From the NCBI GenBank assembly GCA_053919585.1, contig CM132806.1: a DNA stretch of 64,000 bases; one strand, written 5' to 3'. The position numbers and the translations under genes are program-made. The notes beneath the pieces are model-generated. The model had not been told where the DNA came from. It saw only the letters and a program-made list of their open reading frames with translations, and did not search any database. Shown here in pieces: positions 1 through 14,724 of this stretch. The first letter of the stretch is position 1, and each line of letters starts with the position of its first letter. The DNA is from Euprymna scolopes. Taxonomy: Eukaryota.

Positions 1-2877
1 TTTGATTTTTTGTCTGAGTTTGCATTAGGGTTTTTTTTTTTTTTTTTTTTTTTTTTATTTAAAAAAAGTTTTGTTTCTTACGGACTTAAATTGTTCAGCT
101 TACTTTTACAGATTTTGATCTGCAACCATTTGATCTGGTATCATTTAGACCAATTAAAGGTATAGAACCTACACATATTCTTCTGGCTATTTTCTTTGGA
201 ATGCTGTGTATGTCTGCATATATGAAACTGTAAATTTTACATTTCAGCCTTATAAGTCTGTCCAACGGATGAATTTTCATTTTAATATATTAAGATGGAT
301 TTTTATCCTGTCAGATTTATCAATCGCTTAAAAATTGAGAAATGTGCACATGCCAAGTAGATTGAGTATTGGACTTGACTTTGATTTGAGCAATAAACAT
401 GCTTGTGCAAATATTTTTTTTTCTAATGCTCTACTACCAAGTTGAGTATCTACAATGTCTATTGAAGCTTGGATATAGAACGAGACCCAGCACCATCGCA
501 CCAAAATAAACAAATATATAAAAGTTATCCAGGTGATGAAATTTTGGACAATTAGTCAATGCATATAGTTAGTTCCTAGACGAACAACTATCATTGTCAT
601 CTTGCAAAGCACTCAGCTTTAGATGAGACTAATGCTGTGCGCAATAAACTTAGCTCTCATGTACAGGTAAAGAAACCTGTAAGAAGTAAGGTTGAAAAAC
701 CAATTCCACCTGAAATTGGTGAAAGAAACAAAAAAAAGCAAAAGAAGGGGAAAAAAACTACCAAAAAAAAAATGAAGCTCCCAGAAGAAACATATGTAAA
801 AGAAAGCCAGTTCCCTTCATTTTTATATATATATTTATATATATATACATATTCAGAAAAAAAAAAAAAAAGGAAAAAAGAAAAAAAAGCTAAGTTTGAA
901 GACAAATTAACGAACATTTCTAGCCTTTTGGAAGTATCAAAGATTCGAGGTCTGACAACTTTGGTAAGTCTCAACATCCCTTTTGATTTTACATGTTGCT
1001 GATTGTTAATCCACCCACATGAAGTAAATAAATCTTTCAAGGTTCAGCTAAGAAGTTGTCCTTGATTAATGTTTTTAATGTATCTGAAACTGCCTTTTTA
1101 TTTTAACAGATGAATAAATTGCATTGCAAACACAAAGTGATCAATAATTGAGCATACATCCAAACTTAAGGATACAATGAAAACCACCCAAAGAATAGCA
1201 ATTTTTACATTTCAATACATGCATTTATAAATACTTCATTTTATTCAATATGAATGTTTTTGTAAACAATCCTTCAAGCATGTTTACAAAATGTTAAAAA
1301 CAATGTACCTAGATTTAAAAGATTTTAAAATAATGCAAATATCTAGTAGTGTTATTTTATTATTGAAATTTTTAACATCTCCTCATATGACACATACAGG
1401 ATGTTTTGTTTTAAATTTCTTTAATTTTAGAAACCGTAAAGTGGGATAATAGCCTCCTCTGTATACTGTTGAGTTTTAGAACTGGAAGAAAAAACAGAAG
1501 TGACCTACATGATTTACACCAAATTTGGAAATTTCAAAATATTAACTGTAAGTCTGTGCTCCTTAAAGGCTGTAAGCTGGAGAATTGCTATGGAGATGTG
1601 GAAGCAGTTGCTAGCAGAAAAGATAAGACATTGGAAAGCCAAAAAAAAAAAGTGTGGCGAGATAATGTGGACTTTGGTGAGAGTGATAAGTATATGAAGC
1701 GTGAGGATAAAAACAATCACTGAATGCGGATCTTTGCTATTATTTAAGTATTAATATTCCCATGAAATTTCCTCCTCTGGGGGAAGCCAGTTCAACCTGC
1801 CTAGAGCAAATGCTGCTGGCCGGCTGGGTTTGTTACTCTTCATACAGAAGTTACGAGGGCCAGCTAGTTGTGGTGAAGGTCCAAGAGGAAAGGAAAACAA
1901 ACAAGATCAAATACCCAGTTGAGCAGAAGAGTCTGTTTCCTCTCAAGTTTCTCCCAGAACCAGTTGCATAAAGTGCATAATAAATGGTTAGATAAGTTTG
2001 CATAAAGTTGTGCATATTAGGAAGACCCATTTCACTCAAAATGCGATGGTCTTTAGGTATGTTTCCCCGCAACATGCCATCCCACATTTTCAGAAAGAGA
2101 TTTGGGCTTGATTCCATTGTTGAGTGCTGGGTGGAGAGGGTGGCTATGATAAGTCTATACATGTGGCAGCAGAATTTTTCACTGCTGTTAAAAAACAAAA
2201 AACAAAAAAAAACTGAATTCGTTTCCAATTTGATGTACTTAACTTTCTTTATTGCAATACTATGGACTATTAAGTGTGAAAGAGTTAAAACACCAATAGT
2301 ACTATTTGCAACACCAAGAATGAGTTGATTGACAGAATTAAACTGATGTTTAGATGTCTTGTGAAGGCTATGTGCTCTAGTTCGGATCCCACTTAGTGGT
2401 TCAGGATGACTTTAAGTGAGCTGTATTTGGAAAAAGATGCACTTTAAATTTCAAGGATACATTAATTATTAATAAAGATTTTTTTTCTTTCCTCTCTAAA
2501 AAAAAAAATCAAATTTATTCTGAACACTTAATAATATCAAATGGCTAAGTATCATAATCTCACTGTGACTGTATTTCCCAAGAGTTATCAATAAAACTGC
2601 ATTTTTAAAAAAAATTTTTTATATATATATATAAATAAATAATTTAATATTAAAGAGGTCTTAATGTTATTCTAATGAGAATTTAATTTTGGGTGCTGCT
2701 TCGTTTTGTAAGTTTTATTAAATTATTTGATTAATATAGGCCATAAAATAAACTTGTAGAGAAGTAATTTTCTAATGTATCCTAATTTAATGTAACCTCA
2801 AATCTTTATTGCCTTTCAAATATTTGACTGAGATTAGATCTGTTTAACAAGCAATTTATTGTAATGGATTTTTTAAA

Positions 2878-3233
2878 AATTATTCAGACTACTGTTCTCA
2901 TCTTGTGTTATTTCCAACCTTTTCAGGTATCTTGTAAAATTTTGAAATCTGCACAGAATTTTGAATGGTACCTTTTAATCCATGGGAATAGCATGCTCTT
3001 GTTTCATCAGCCATGACCGGGTAGAAGTCCTATGTAATTCATAATTGTATTCTTTGTATTGTCCGCATTAAACCATCAACCTCCAGAAGAGTCACTTAAA
3101 ACTGAATTTTAAATCGTACTTTATCTCTCAACAAGAGTCCTTTGCAAAACACGAATAGCACTCAAAATATGAACAGTAGTTTGATTAATTCAAGCAAAAA
3201 TTATCAATTCTCATCTCCAAAATTCAGAAACAT
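2878..3233. mobile_element. Fold-back SINE/hammerhead family copy A (long left arm, very short right arm plus tail)
   Basis: Left arm GACTACTGTTCTCATCTTG...AATCTGCACAGAATTTTGAATGG...TAGCATGCTCTTG...CAGCCATGAC aligns to copy E; hammerhead partly deleted. Right end GAACAGTAGTTTG followed by tail TCTCATCTCCAAAATTCAGAAACAT. Confidence 0.7.
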
Positions 3234-4429
3234 ACTAATTCTTAATAGTTTACAGATTCTATTGTACAAAATGCTTTTCTGCAATTATTTCTGCTTTGGA
3301 ATTTTTTTTTTTATGAGGAAGGTTGAGTAAAAATGTCAAGTTTTGTATTTACTTGCTTTTTAATTAAAATTTACTCCAAATTTACTCATTAGACTATTGT
3401 ATCATAACTATAATAACCTAAAAATGTTATGGCATCTCAAATAGCATGTTTAAAAATACTAATTTAGATTAAATGCTTCGCTATGCACTTTGATGTGATA
3501 TAACTCAATTTTGTGTGGTCACTATTTTTAGATACCATTCATTGCATAATAGAGAAATTGGAAAGTTTTTCATTATGTTTGTATGATGAGCAAACTTTTC
3601 TGTAATAGAGAATGAACACAAAATCAGTATCTGTTTTAATAAGGTATGTTTGTTTTGAAAATATTTGGTAAACTTTAAATTGAGTTATTCCAAAAACTTT
3701 AACACAGAGCTTCTTAATCAAAAACTAAGCCGATCATATTCATTTCTACTACATTAAGTTTCATGAGTGTAATTAGAATAACTTTTTGAAAAGTACTTTT
3801 TAAAATATTAACTTTTTTTTTTTTTTTTTTTATAGTTGATCAAATGCTGATTGTTAACTTCAAATAGCTTTGGAGATTTGAGCAATTATAGATTGATCAA
3901 ATCTTTATTTGAGAGACAAGTATTGTAAAAATATATTTATACACTTGCACAACTTTAACATTAATAAAGTCTCCATTTAAGTATGAAATTTAATATTTTA
4001 ACGGTCATCTATTTAAAATTATTTTTTTATTTTTTTATTCTATTAGATAAGCTTAATTTTGTTAGCTTATTTAGACATGTTTAGATTTTTGGTCCAGATG
4101 TCTATAAAATTAACTTTCTAACTGTATAATTAAAATGTTAAATATTTTAGTTTAGTAATAAAATATTTCATACTTTATAAAAATTAAAATAAACAGAACT
4201 TATGATTTCTATAAGAACCGATATTTTGTAGTGTTAGTCTTCATGGTAATGTCAAAGTGATCTATTAATACCATGAAATTAATACTAAATCATCTGTCAG
4301 ACCAGAAAATAATTTTTCCTCTTTATAAATCATGACTAATAATGTCTATATGCTTCAGTAATTCTAGGTTGTTTATAAAAGTTGTGTTCATGGCAAATTA
4401 AGGTGTTTTTTGATAACTAGAAATGTTTT

Positions 4430-4890
4430 GGATTATTCAGACTTTTAGTTTTATTTTGGTTTTATATTTCAACCAATGTATCCCTCCTCCTCCTCCTTTG
4501 GATGCATCTTTTCAAACCTATGAGCATTTGTTGAATTCTAACCTGTATGTAATTTTAAACTGAAACCTTTAAGATTGTCTTCAGTTTATCAGCCATCACC
4601 AGGTAAAAATGTTACTTTTTTATATTATCACCTAGTAAGGATGAAACTTTTAGAGGTTATTTAGAACAATTTTCTTGCCTTTTATGTGTGACCTATCCAT
4701 GTTAATTCTCGTATGAATTTTTGGAGGCTAATATTGTCTGTGTATTCTTACTACTTATCACTATAGAATTATGGATGTTTCACATTCTCTCAACTTGGAA
4801 AAGATGCTCCTGAAGATCAGAGGTTACATCGGTTGAAATGTAAATGGAACGACTAAGATAAGGATAATTGTCTGAATAATTCTGAAGTAT
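4430..4890. mobile_element. Diverged fold-back hammerhead element (copy B)
   Basis: Ends GATTATTCAGAC...GTCTGAATAATT are inverted. Right arm has CCTGAAGATCAGAGGTTACATCGGTTGAAA. Possible TSD GAAATGTTTT/GAAATGCTTT (4420-4429, 4891-4900). Confidence 0.6.
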
Positions 4891-7800
4891 GAAATGCTTT
4901 AAAACTTTATTAGCTTATCTTCTCTTTAAACTTAACAGGTTTATATCTAAAAAATTAACACCTGTTATATCTAAAAAATTGATTTCTTATAATAATTGGA
5001 AAATCCTTCAAGAATCCATCAGCATGACAGAAGTGAAGACGTGCAACCAATGATCTTTTTTCCTTTGGATTTTATCAGGGAATTCAAGATTTTAAAACTG
5101 CTCTGATTTAAGGACATATAATCAGATATGCAATTTATTGACTGGATCAATACCTGACAAAGATTGGCAAAAAGGACTTTGAGAATACATCAGCTATCCA
5201 TTTATTGGAAATGCAACCATCTTTAAATTGATTTGTAGAATTTACTGCATTCTAGTCACAAGTGCTGACAGTTTGCTTCATAAGGATGCTTTCTGTTCAT
5301 GCATATAGTACCAATTAGTCTTAACAGTTCATTTCATTATTTAAATGTTAGGAAAGTCATCTCCACATAGTTTGTCTATCTGTAATTTACATTGCTATTT
5401 TAAGTGAAATGGCAACACTGGTTAATATTGGTTAATGTGTTTTTAATACTTTGATCTTATCAAGTTTGTTTCAACTGCTGGAATTTTATAAACAAATCTT
5501 GACTGTTGCCAACATTTTCTTTTTAAATACAAGATATGTAAAAGGGAATTTCAAGGAAGTTTTTTTTAAAGTGACAATTTCTAGTTGAATTCAACAAATT
5601 GGCTGGATATGTTAAGTACCCAAGAAAGGCGGAATTTTAAATAATGAAAGTTTTTACCATGGACAAAAGACAAATTTTCAATTGAATGTTTTTTTTTCCA
5701 CAGGTCATTTTTCATTAGCAATTTTTAGGTAATGTAAAAACTAATTCTGTTGCTTCTCTTGTGTTTACTGAGTTTTCTTATCTGAATCACATTTCCTTTA
5801 GACAAGTTTTAAGAAAAATGCTCTAGTTTTGTTGGAAGAGATTTGGTATTTTTCAGTTAAGTTACAAAAAATGCACCTTCCAGAATTGAAGGCTCTAATT
5901 TTGAGTAGACATTTTTTTCCTTCTAGGTTTATATTGAACTTATTCTCAAACCTTTTGTTGGTACACTTTTTTGCTAAGCAGCACTTTTGTTATTCACAAA
6001 ATTTTATATGGTTGAACTTTCTTGATTATCTGAAATTTCTTTAAATCATAACAAAACTTTCAGGCAAATAGTTGTATTTTTTCCTGTTAACTTAAAATAT
6101 GCATAGGTTTCAAAAGTAAAGATCATCAACCACTTCTGCAAAATTCAAAATTTGGCTTTTTTTTGGATTCAAATGCTTTATTGAAGTTAGATTTTAAAAA
6201 AAAAAAAAAAATTAAAATTAAAATTACATATCAGCTTTGTTAATATTTAGACAAGATGCACAAGAACATTAATGAAAATAAACACTGATCAACAAGAGTT
6301 CATTACCAGGTTTGTATTCTATTTTGATTTCAATTGAATCAGATTGAAATTAATTTCTATGAAAAGTTAAATAAGGAAATGCAAGGTTGTGATTTCTTTA
6401 CTATTGTATCAATTCATTAGAATTTGTTCTGATAGTTACCAAACCTTTTTTAAATTCTATTTAATACACTTTTCTAGATTTACAATCAGATATGCACACA
6501 ATATCACAACAGGAAATAAAACTGGATAGGTTACCAAAAAAAAATACATAAGAACTAAGTTTTTTTTCTTTTTTTTTTTTTTTTTTTTAACTTTACTGCA
6601 TTGCTAGAATTAAATAATTATTAAAAATACATTTCCAAAGAAAATTAAATTTGCTCTTTGTTCATTGGATTCTTTGATCTCTCATAAATTTTTATATTTC
6701 AAAAATTCTTTCATCTAGCACAAAAAATAACTTTAAATAGCCTGGAATAATAAAAAAAGAAATATATTAATGATAAAATATTAAATTTTAATATCTAAAT
6801 TTATTAAAATAATCCCTGAAATTAAAGTTAATCCCAAATTGAATAGAATTTCACAATTTGTTCCCATTTCTGAACTCTAAACTAAACCTGTTGGTATTAA
6901 GTATTATTAGTGTTATTGCTTTGCTTCTTTGTTTCTAAATGATTGAATTGTCTTTGTATTTTTTTTTTTTTTTTTTTTTGTCCGTCCTCCCATTAACACT
7001 AGCAATTGTTCACAACATAAACACATCTGGTTTGCTACAGTTTCTTCGAAAAGTAAAAACAAATTTAAATGCAGACTAGAATGTTTTCTTATATAGAATA
7101 ATGTTGGACGAAGACATGTTCATATTATGAGACAAGATCATTTTATTCATTTATCCTAATAAACTTTTTTATCTGCATAATATTTGGTTGAAAATATATT
7201 TTCATGTCTATATCGCATGTAAAAAAAAACAACATTTTAATAAATATCTTGTGTAGATGTTTAATTTTGCTATTTTTATGAATAAAATTTGCATAATATA
7301 TTTCCTGTCTTGGATCTAGGAACTTGTAACATTCCTAATTGACTCAACCAAACATTTGATTTGATGCTATTTGTACTTGCTCCATTATGTGAATTTTGCC
7401 TTCAACGTTCAGCAGACACTTTATTCTCTCAACTGTTTGATCTACATTTAGCATTTGACTACACTCTGTACGTCTGTACAAATACAAGATTTTCTTAGCT
7501 GATTTGTGTTGACACATCAAGATTTGATCTGTGCAGAAAATTTTACATGATTTCAATGATATTTTAAAGAATTTGAGTGTCAATTTTAATTTTTATTAAG
7601 TCGCACGTTTTTATATTGCTAATTGGTTTTGGTAGGTTTATAAAAAAAAAAAATGCCTTTTAAAGCAAGTTCTCTTAAAAACCACATTAGTGTTTTTGTT
7701 TTTTTTTTGGGGGGGGGGGATTTTTTCACATTCAATTTTCACTGTCACAATTATTCCAATTTTCATTATAGAAACAAAAAAAATTAAATAGTTTTAATAT

Positions 7801-9712
7801 TTAGAACCTTTTTGTACTCAATAATTTAGTTTGACAATTTGTGCATGAAAAAAAAGTACTTAGTCTGAATGACAATTGGATTCATTCTTCATCATACTTT
7901 TTTGTAGAGATACCGTGATGGCACCCTTGCATTTATTTAGGATCAGTAACTTTGTTTGGTCTTACTTTAAATGTCATTATAAAGTGATTTCTCATTTACT
8001 TTTGTATATTTATTGAAGTAAAAAAAATTCTTGATTCAACAATTATTTCCTCAGTTGAATATTTTTCTAAGAAAAAAAATAATATATTTTGTTGTATTCA
8101 CTGCTCACATTTCTAGATTGTATACTACACATAGTCGCATTAGATCTGAATGGAATTAACAATAGATAAAGCATTTTTTCTTTTGATCTTTGTTTCGATT
8201 TTGCCGGTATATTTCTGAAATCAACAAACCAAACATCTGATTATATTAAAGCAGAATAAAATATTCCTTGGTTTGATTATGTTTGAGGAAAAGAACTTCC
8301 ATTTTTGATTGTTTTACTTATCCATAATTTGTACTCTTCAAAGTGACTCATCTCTTACTAAACTTCTATTACTTTCACCCTCTCTTACTGTATGTTATTT
8401 GACCACCTGCTCTGTTTTCTGTTTTTGTTGTTTAAGATTAGTTTTGCAAGCTCACTTGTTCTTGATTCAAACAGTTCTAATCTGAGCTCAATAAGTAATC
8501 CAATGAACACTTTGTTTTATTTTTTTTCTAATATTCAAATCTTATTAAACATTATGAAACTATGTTGACTGATGTTAGAAAACATTTTAATCTGTTGAAA
8601 TATTTTCTCTGAAACTTAACATTTATATTCAAACACTGAATTTCACTTTGAAATATTAATAGAATTGTTTGCTGAATTCAAAATCTTGTCTTCTCAAACC
8701 TAATTAAAAAACTTGATTAATTAAAACTTATCTAACGGCGAGTGCTTCCTGTGACACAAGATTTCTATATACAGAAAACATTTCCAAGTAATAAAAATTC
8801 CTCTAAAACAAGAGATCCTCATTAGCAAACTTGATCACAAATGAGTTATCATTTTAGACTATATAAAATGGGTGATGAAAACAAATTACAAAAAGATATC
8901 TTGAACATGGCAAAACTGTAAGCTGAACAGAAAGTCCTCAAAAGAGAATTTTGTTCTAAAGTTATACTCGGAAAATTGCATGATTGACTTGCAAAATGTC
9001 ATACCAATGTACCTTTGGATGAAATTATTGGAATTTCTGCTCATGCTGTTTTATACCAAGGATTTCTTGACCAACTTGTTTGCCCAGGTGAAATATTTAT
9101 GGAATTGATGTTTTCCCATAAATTTCAGCTTCAGTAATGAAATTGTATTTAGGTGGTCAGTCTTTACAACTGCTGATGGTCAATGTCTTTGTTTCAATTA
9201 AAAAAATTTTTTTCTTAAATGAGTTGCCTATTTCCATTATGCTACTTTTCAAACAATATCAGAATTCAATCAATTTTACTAAAAGTTTGTTTGCATATGC
9301 CTCTAACTTTTGCTTTTGAAATGGCAAAATAACTCCTTACATGTTTTTCTTGTGTAGATTTAAATTTCTTACTAATGTTTATTGGAAATTTACTTTTACT
9401 GGTATATATTCATTGGAATTCTTTTGGTTCTAAACAAAGGAAAATTCAACTGTCTGACACTTAATTTATTTAAAAAAAAAAAAAAATGCTTTAACTGTAT
9501 ACTGTACAAAATAAATATTCAAAAAAGTCTTGGAAAAAAAAAACTTCTAAATTTTACCAGCCCTTGAGTGACTCTTGATAAACCTGTCGAACAGATTTTG
9601 TTTAATCAATTTTACATCCAAGATAGTGATGGATTCTGCAATCCATCTAATGAGTTTCCAGTCATCTACATCTTTTTGCACTTTTCACCAAACAAATATC
9701 TTGATGGGTGGG

Positions 9713-10623
9713 TGGTGGTACAAATATTTGTATAATTAAAAAATTTAAAAAATTGTACCTTTTTTTATGTAAAAGCCCAAACAGACAAATTTATGTATTT
9801 ATTTATAAGCATACAGATTATAAAAAATAAATTTAATTCTTATAATGACAAAAATTAATACATTTTTTCATTTGACCTGGTGAAAAAAAGTATTTGTACA
9901 ATTCAATTTTAAAGTGAAACAATGTATATTGTCTGACTAGCTATGATTATTATATTCTAGAATGTTCAAGTAGTGTTATCATTAACTATAGTTTACGATA
10001 AAATCCATTGTCAGAACATTCTGCAACTGGTAGTCTTACAAGAACCTTCTAATAATGCCAAAAGATAAAGAAATGTCTATTCCACAAAAAAACTTCTATT
10101 TGGAAAGATGGGAACAGTTACAGAACAATTTCTAAAAACCTGAATATCCCTTTTACTACAATTCCTTCGTTCATTTTGAGGTTTAAAACTTGTAACAGCA
10201 TTAAAAACCAAAGACAAATAGTTGTTCCAAGGAAATTTTCTCTAAGATCAACAAGGATATTAGGTCGACAGATTCAACAAAATCCACAGGTTACTCTAGA
10301 AGAGTTGCAAGAACATTTCTATGCACTAGGCATTAAAGTATTCAAGCATACAATAAGTAATGAACTACACAGGAACAGTTTCAAATCACTCCAAAAAAGA
10401 CTGCACTCCTGAAACAATGCGGATGCTAGGCTAAAATTCATTAGAGATCATAAGGATGTAGAATGAATTGGGGGAAAAGGTACTATGGACAGATGAAACT
10501 AAAACTTTATTCATTCTAATAGTATGTATTTTTATAAATAAACATATCTAAACTTGTGTTTGTTTAGGCTTTTACATGCATAAAAATACAATTTTTCAAG
10601 TGTACAAACGTTTTGTCCCACTG
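9713..10623 (+). mobile_element. Internally deleted Tc1-like DNA transposon
   Basis: ~100 bp TIRs, right end CCCACTG|TA. Decayed transposase: ORF 10176-10412 (IQQNPQVTLEELQ...TISNELHR) followed by KVLWTDETK. Confidence 0.8.
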
Positions 10624-12019
10624 TATAAATGTGCTGTGATTTCTAGTATATAATTTATACTTCTCAAAGATTGGATATCAGAATTAACATATACCAGCAA
10701 GTGTTATCCACCTAACTGGCTACAAAGGGAAGAAAACAACCACCTCAAATTGTCAAACTTGTAAATGGACCAACAATATAATTCTGTTGTCACTTATTGG
10801 ACAACCAAAGATTTTGTGCTTAGGATTATTTGAAAATTAAAAATGATTTTCTTTATTTACCTTAGAATTTGGGAAACTCGTTGCATGAAAAGCCATTTTT
10901 AAACAAAAACGTGCTTTCACTGAAGTTATTTAATCAACCTACTGTTTTTTCAAGTGGAAAGTTTTAATATCGCTGAGATTTTTCTTTTTCAAATTAATGA
11001 AATTTTGCTGAAATTACAAAATATATTTTAGTTAAACCTTTACTGAGCAATATTTTAGTTGTAATGAATAGAATGTTGCTCTTGGCAAATTGTTATAAGT
11101 AACATTGCAGGTTTTTATTTTATTTTTTATTGGATAATTAGATTTCAACATTTGAATTCTAAACAAATCATTCTGTTTAAACTTCAAATAATGAAAACAA
11201 ATAACATTGTAGATGTATTCTAAATTATTATCCTGATTTATTTGGAAGAAAAATAATTTTAGGACAACTTACTATTTTCTCGTTTTTTGTTATTTAGTAA
11301 GCAACTTAAAAATTCTTATTATCTTTTGTATGGGATACTAACAGTTAAATTTTAATACTGTAATTCAACATAGTTGACCAGTAGTTAATATGCTTTTTTA
11401 GAAATCATCCTGTAAAAGAATCCAAAGCCAAACATTTGGTGCAGAACTGCTAAGCCTTATTGATAATGTTTTTTTTTACTTATTCCCATAAAACTACAAA
11501 TACAGATCCAAAGGTTTGTGTGATTATTTCAATTTGATGTTGCATGACATGGATATTATTTTTATACAGTGAAAGAAAAAAAAAAAAGTTTGATATATTA
11601 CACATTGTCATTTGATGAGCGCATCATGTTCAATAAATTCCTAGTTTTTGTCATAAAAAACATTTCTGAATACAAATGAGTAATATTATTGAAAAAAATA
11701 TTTTTTCACAAATTCCTACTTGTAAAAAAACTAATTTTCAATTTACATGAATAATGAAAATAATTTAAAAAGTAACAACTCAATTACTTCCATTGAAGCC
11801 ACCTTACTTTGATATATCATTGTTCGAAAACAAAATGGTACTAACATGGGTAAAAATAAATTTAAATATTTTTGCTAATCACATTTGGACGTTTTGTATT
11901 AAATATTTGTCAAGATTTCAAATAATCCATTAAAAAAATATTAAATTTCTTGCAAAGAGATTTTAGAGGGTTTGTTCAGAAAAAAAAAAGAATTTAAAAA
12001 GAAAATGTGTATTTCTCCA

Positions 12020-12057
<38 letters not shown>

Positions 12058-12079
12058 AATCTACCAAGTGCAACTTACT

Positions 12080-12860
12080 ATCACTTAGACATAAGTTTGG
12101 ACATGTGTACACTTCATATGTCACTTTCAAAGTGGAGACTGACATTTGACAGGGATGTGTGCTTTCATCAACTCTCTTCAACTATATCATTGACTACATC
12201 CTTGATCATACCCTCCAGGAATATCATGGATTAGTAGTTGGGCAGGAGATGAGTGTCAGACCTGACTTATGTTGATTACATTGTTTTGCTGGAATTGGAC
12301 AGATTGCAGGAGGCTGTGTTTTGCATGGTTGTGCACCTCAATGCATTTTGAATGGCACAATTTTGTGTATCTTATGTTCCCCCATTGTTCTACACATTCG
12401 GGGTACGGTGGCGATCAATTAAGCTGCAGCTGCTCGATCCACCTTTATGCATCTCCAATGGTCTTTGTAGGGGGATTATTGATATTGGATATTACTATAT
12501 CATGCAAAAACATGCTTATCATCTGATCGATTTACCTTTATGGCTAAGATTATGCCAATAGGGTTGGTTGTCAGAAGTTAAGTCTTTGACAATGGCTACT
12601 TCAGCTTAGCGTTGTCAACAGGCTAACTGTTTCTTCTTTGCTAGTGTTTCACTAACATTATTAATGATTTAAACATCCAGCATTTGGAGGGAGAATTTGC
12701 AGCATGATTGGCACAAGCATATTGTTGAACGGCTGAGGAATTAGATGACAACTATCAAAGAGAACTTGGTTGATCCACCATCACCAAGAGTTAATTGAAA
12801 AATGACATCACTCATAGGAGGCAAAGCAAGCAACATTTGTCGAGCAGTCACTATCAATAA
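12080..12860 (+). mobile_element. RTE-like LINE remnant
   Basis: Translates to QGCVLSSTLFNYIIDYIL...DLTYVDYI (decayed RT motifs); 3' part shares ACTATCAA.GAG.ACTTGG.TGA with 34320-34360. Confidence 0.6.
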
Positions 12861-13209
12861 TGAATGGCAGCTTTTTGAAAAAGGATGAAAGAACTTAAAT
12901 ATACTGAAAAAGAGAATAACACAATTTAAATTTAATTTTATTCAATATTACAAAAAGACAGCAGGAATTCAAAAACAAAAGTATACTGTCCCTACGTTAA
13001 GATAAACGTACCTTAACATGGATTATAATACATATGATTATATCATATACATATTTACCATTGCTTGGTTGTTTTTTGTTTGAATAAATGTTCAAATTGT
13101 TTTCAAATTATTCACAATAAAAATAAACAAATTTTAGTGTTTGGGATCTATGATAAACCAATGTTCATCTTTAAACGCGGGGAGGAGGACAACATACAAC
13201 TTCTAAATG

Positions 13210-13240
<31 letters not shown>

Positions 13241-13295
13241 TTGAATGAATTTAAATTTAAGTGTAAATTGTGTTCATTATTTTTCTTTTATTATA

Positions 13296-13316
13296 TTAGG
13301 TTGTTGCATAAGTTCC

Positions 13317-13364
<48 letters not shown>

Positions 13365-13707
13365 AAATCAAAAATTTTGACAGTAAAAGTTTGTGTGGAA
13401 TCTAAGCTTAAAATTTTTGTGAATTCCACCAACTGAAGATGGCGTGAAATTGTCACAAAATCACACTTCTTTTCACCCAATTCTCTACATGTCTGATGGC
13501 CATCTTCCTTCAAAAGAACTCTGAGTTGGTCTTCATCTATCTTGATTGTTCTTCCGGAATGAGGAGCATCAATTACTGTTTGAATCTGGTAAACCAATCT
13601 CGAACAGTTTTCTCAGCTATAGCATTTTCTCCATTATACAGTACAAATATACTTGGTTACTTAACTCACTTTTTGACCTCAATTAAAGGCAAAAAGGAGG
13701 TGGTGTC

Positions 13708-13749
<42 letters not shown>

Positions 13750-13929
13750 TACTTGACAATCCATTTGACAGTTCTGAAAAACGAGAAAAAAATTATGAGC
13801 AAAAAACGCTGACCATTATCTTGTAGAACAGAATACATGCTTTCTAATGATATATAACACTTTGCCAATATCAAAACATGTTTTAGAACAAAAGTTTATG
13901 AAACGGTGGGAACTTATGCAACAACTTGA
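13296..13929 (-). mobile_element. Deleted mariner element
   Basis: TA-flanked TIRs TTAGGTTGTTGCATAAGTTCC / GGAACTTATGCAACAACTTGA; HTH remnant DAPHSGRTIKIDEDQLRVLLKEDGHQTCREL. Confidence 0.85.
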
Positions 13930-14724
13930 TATTTAAGTTTTTCATTCCCCCCCCCCCACCCCACCCCCACACACAAAAGCTGTCATTCATTTTTGACAGT
14001 CTCACTGTGCTCAAAAGATCTTGCTTGCTTTACTTACTACATGTGACATAATTTTTCAGTTAACAGGCCTTATCTCTCTGGTGATAACTGACCTCATGTC
14101 CACAGTTGGTTAACCATGATGGTTCGAGTCATGATTGGTCAACCATTTTGTGCAGCCTTTCTCACAACAGCTATGCAAGGGTCATTAAGGTTCAGGGTGT
14201 GATTCAGGTTAGAAAAAAAACCCTGCTCAATTTGAACATGGTGAACAACTTAAATAGAAAAATGTACATAGATGGGAATAAAAATATAGATCAAATTTGT
14301 GTTTCTCTATGAATAAAATTATGACCATTTTTCATGTATATGCATTTATCATCACCATTTTTATTTACTATTAATAGATTTTAATTTTATTCATTGTAAT
14401 GCCTTTCTAATTCTTACAAGTCAAGCTATTTTAATCTTTTGTGAAAAAGAAAATAATTTCAAAATTTGGAAGCACTTAAAATTGTCAAATAGAATGCAAT
14501 TCCTGTCTTTTAAAGTTTTGAGAAAGTCCTCGTGTCCAATAAGTTTATAAAATATTGCCTTAAATTCGTTTTATAACAATTCCGTTCAATTAATCATTTA
14601 GTGACAACAATGCTGCAATAATTTAACTGTGAAAATCCTATTCGAAAGAGAAGAGCAAAAACAAACAACTGATGGTAATATCCTGCCGCGTTAGTGAATT
14701 TATTGTGGTTTCGTTTATAGAGCA

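Noticed and set aside
637-1040. Overlapping 121 and 127 aa ORFs with a GTAAGT donor near 964
   Set aside because: Dominated by poly(A) and (TA)n runs; no recognisable domain.
8868-9090. Coding-looking stretch MGDENKLQKDIL...
   Set aside because: Two in-frame stops and no recognisable family; cannot be supported as a pseudogene.
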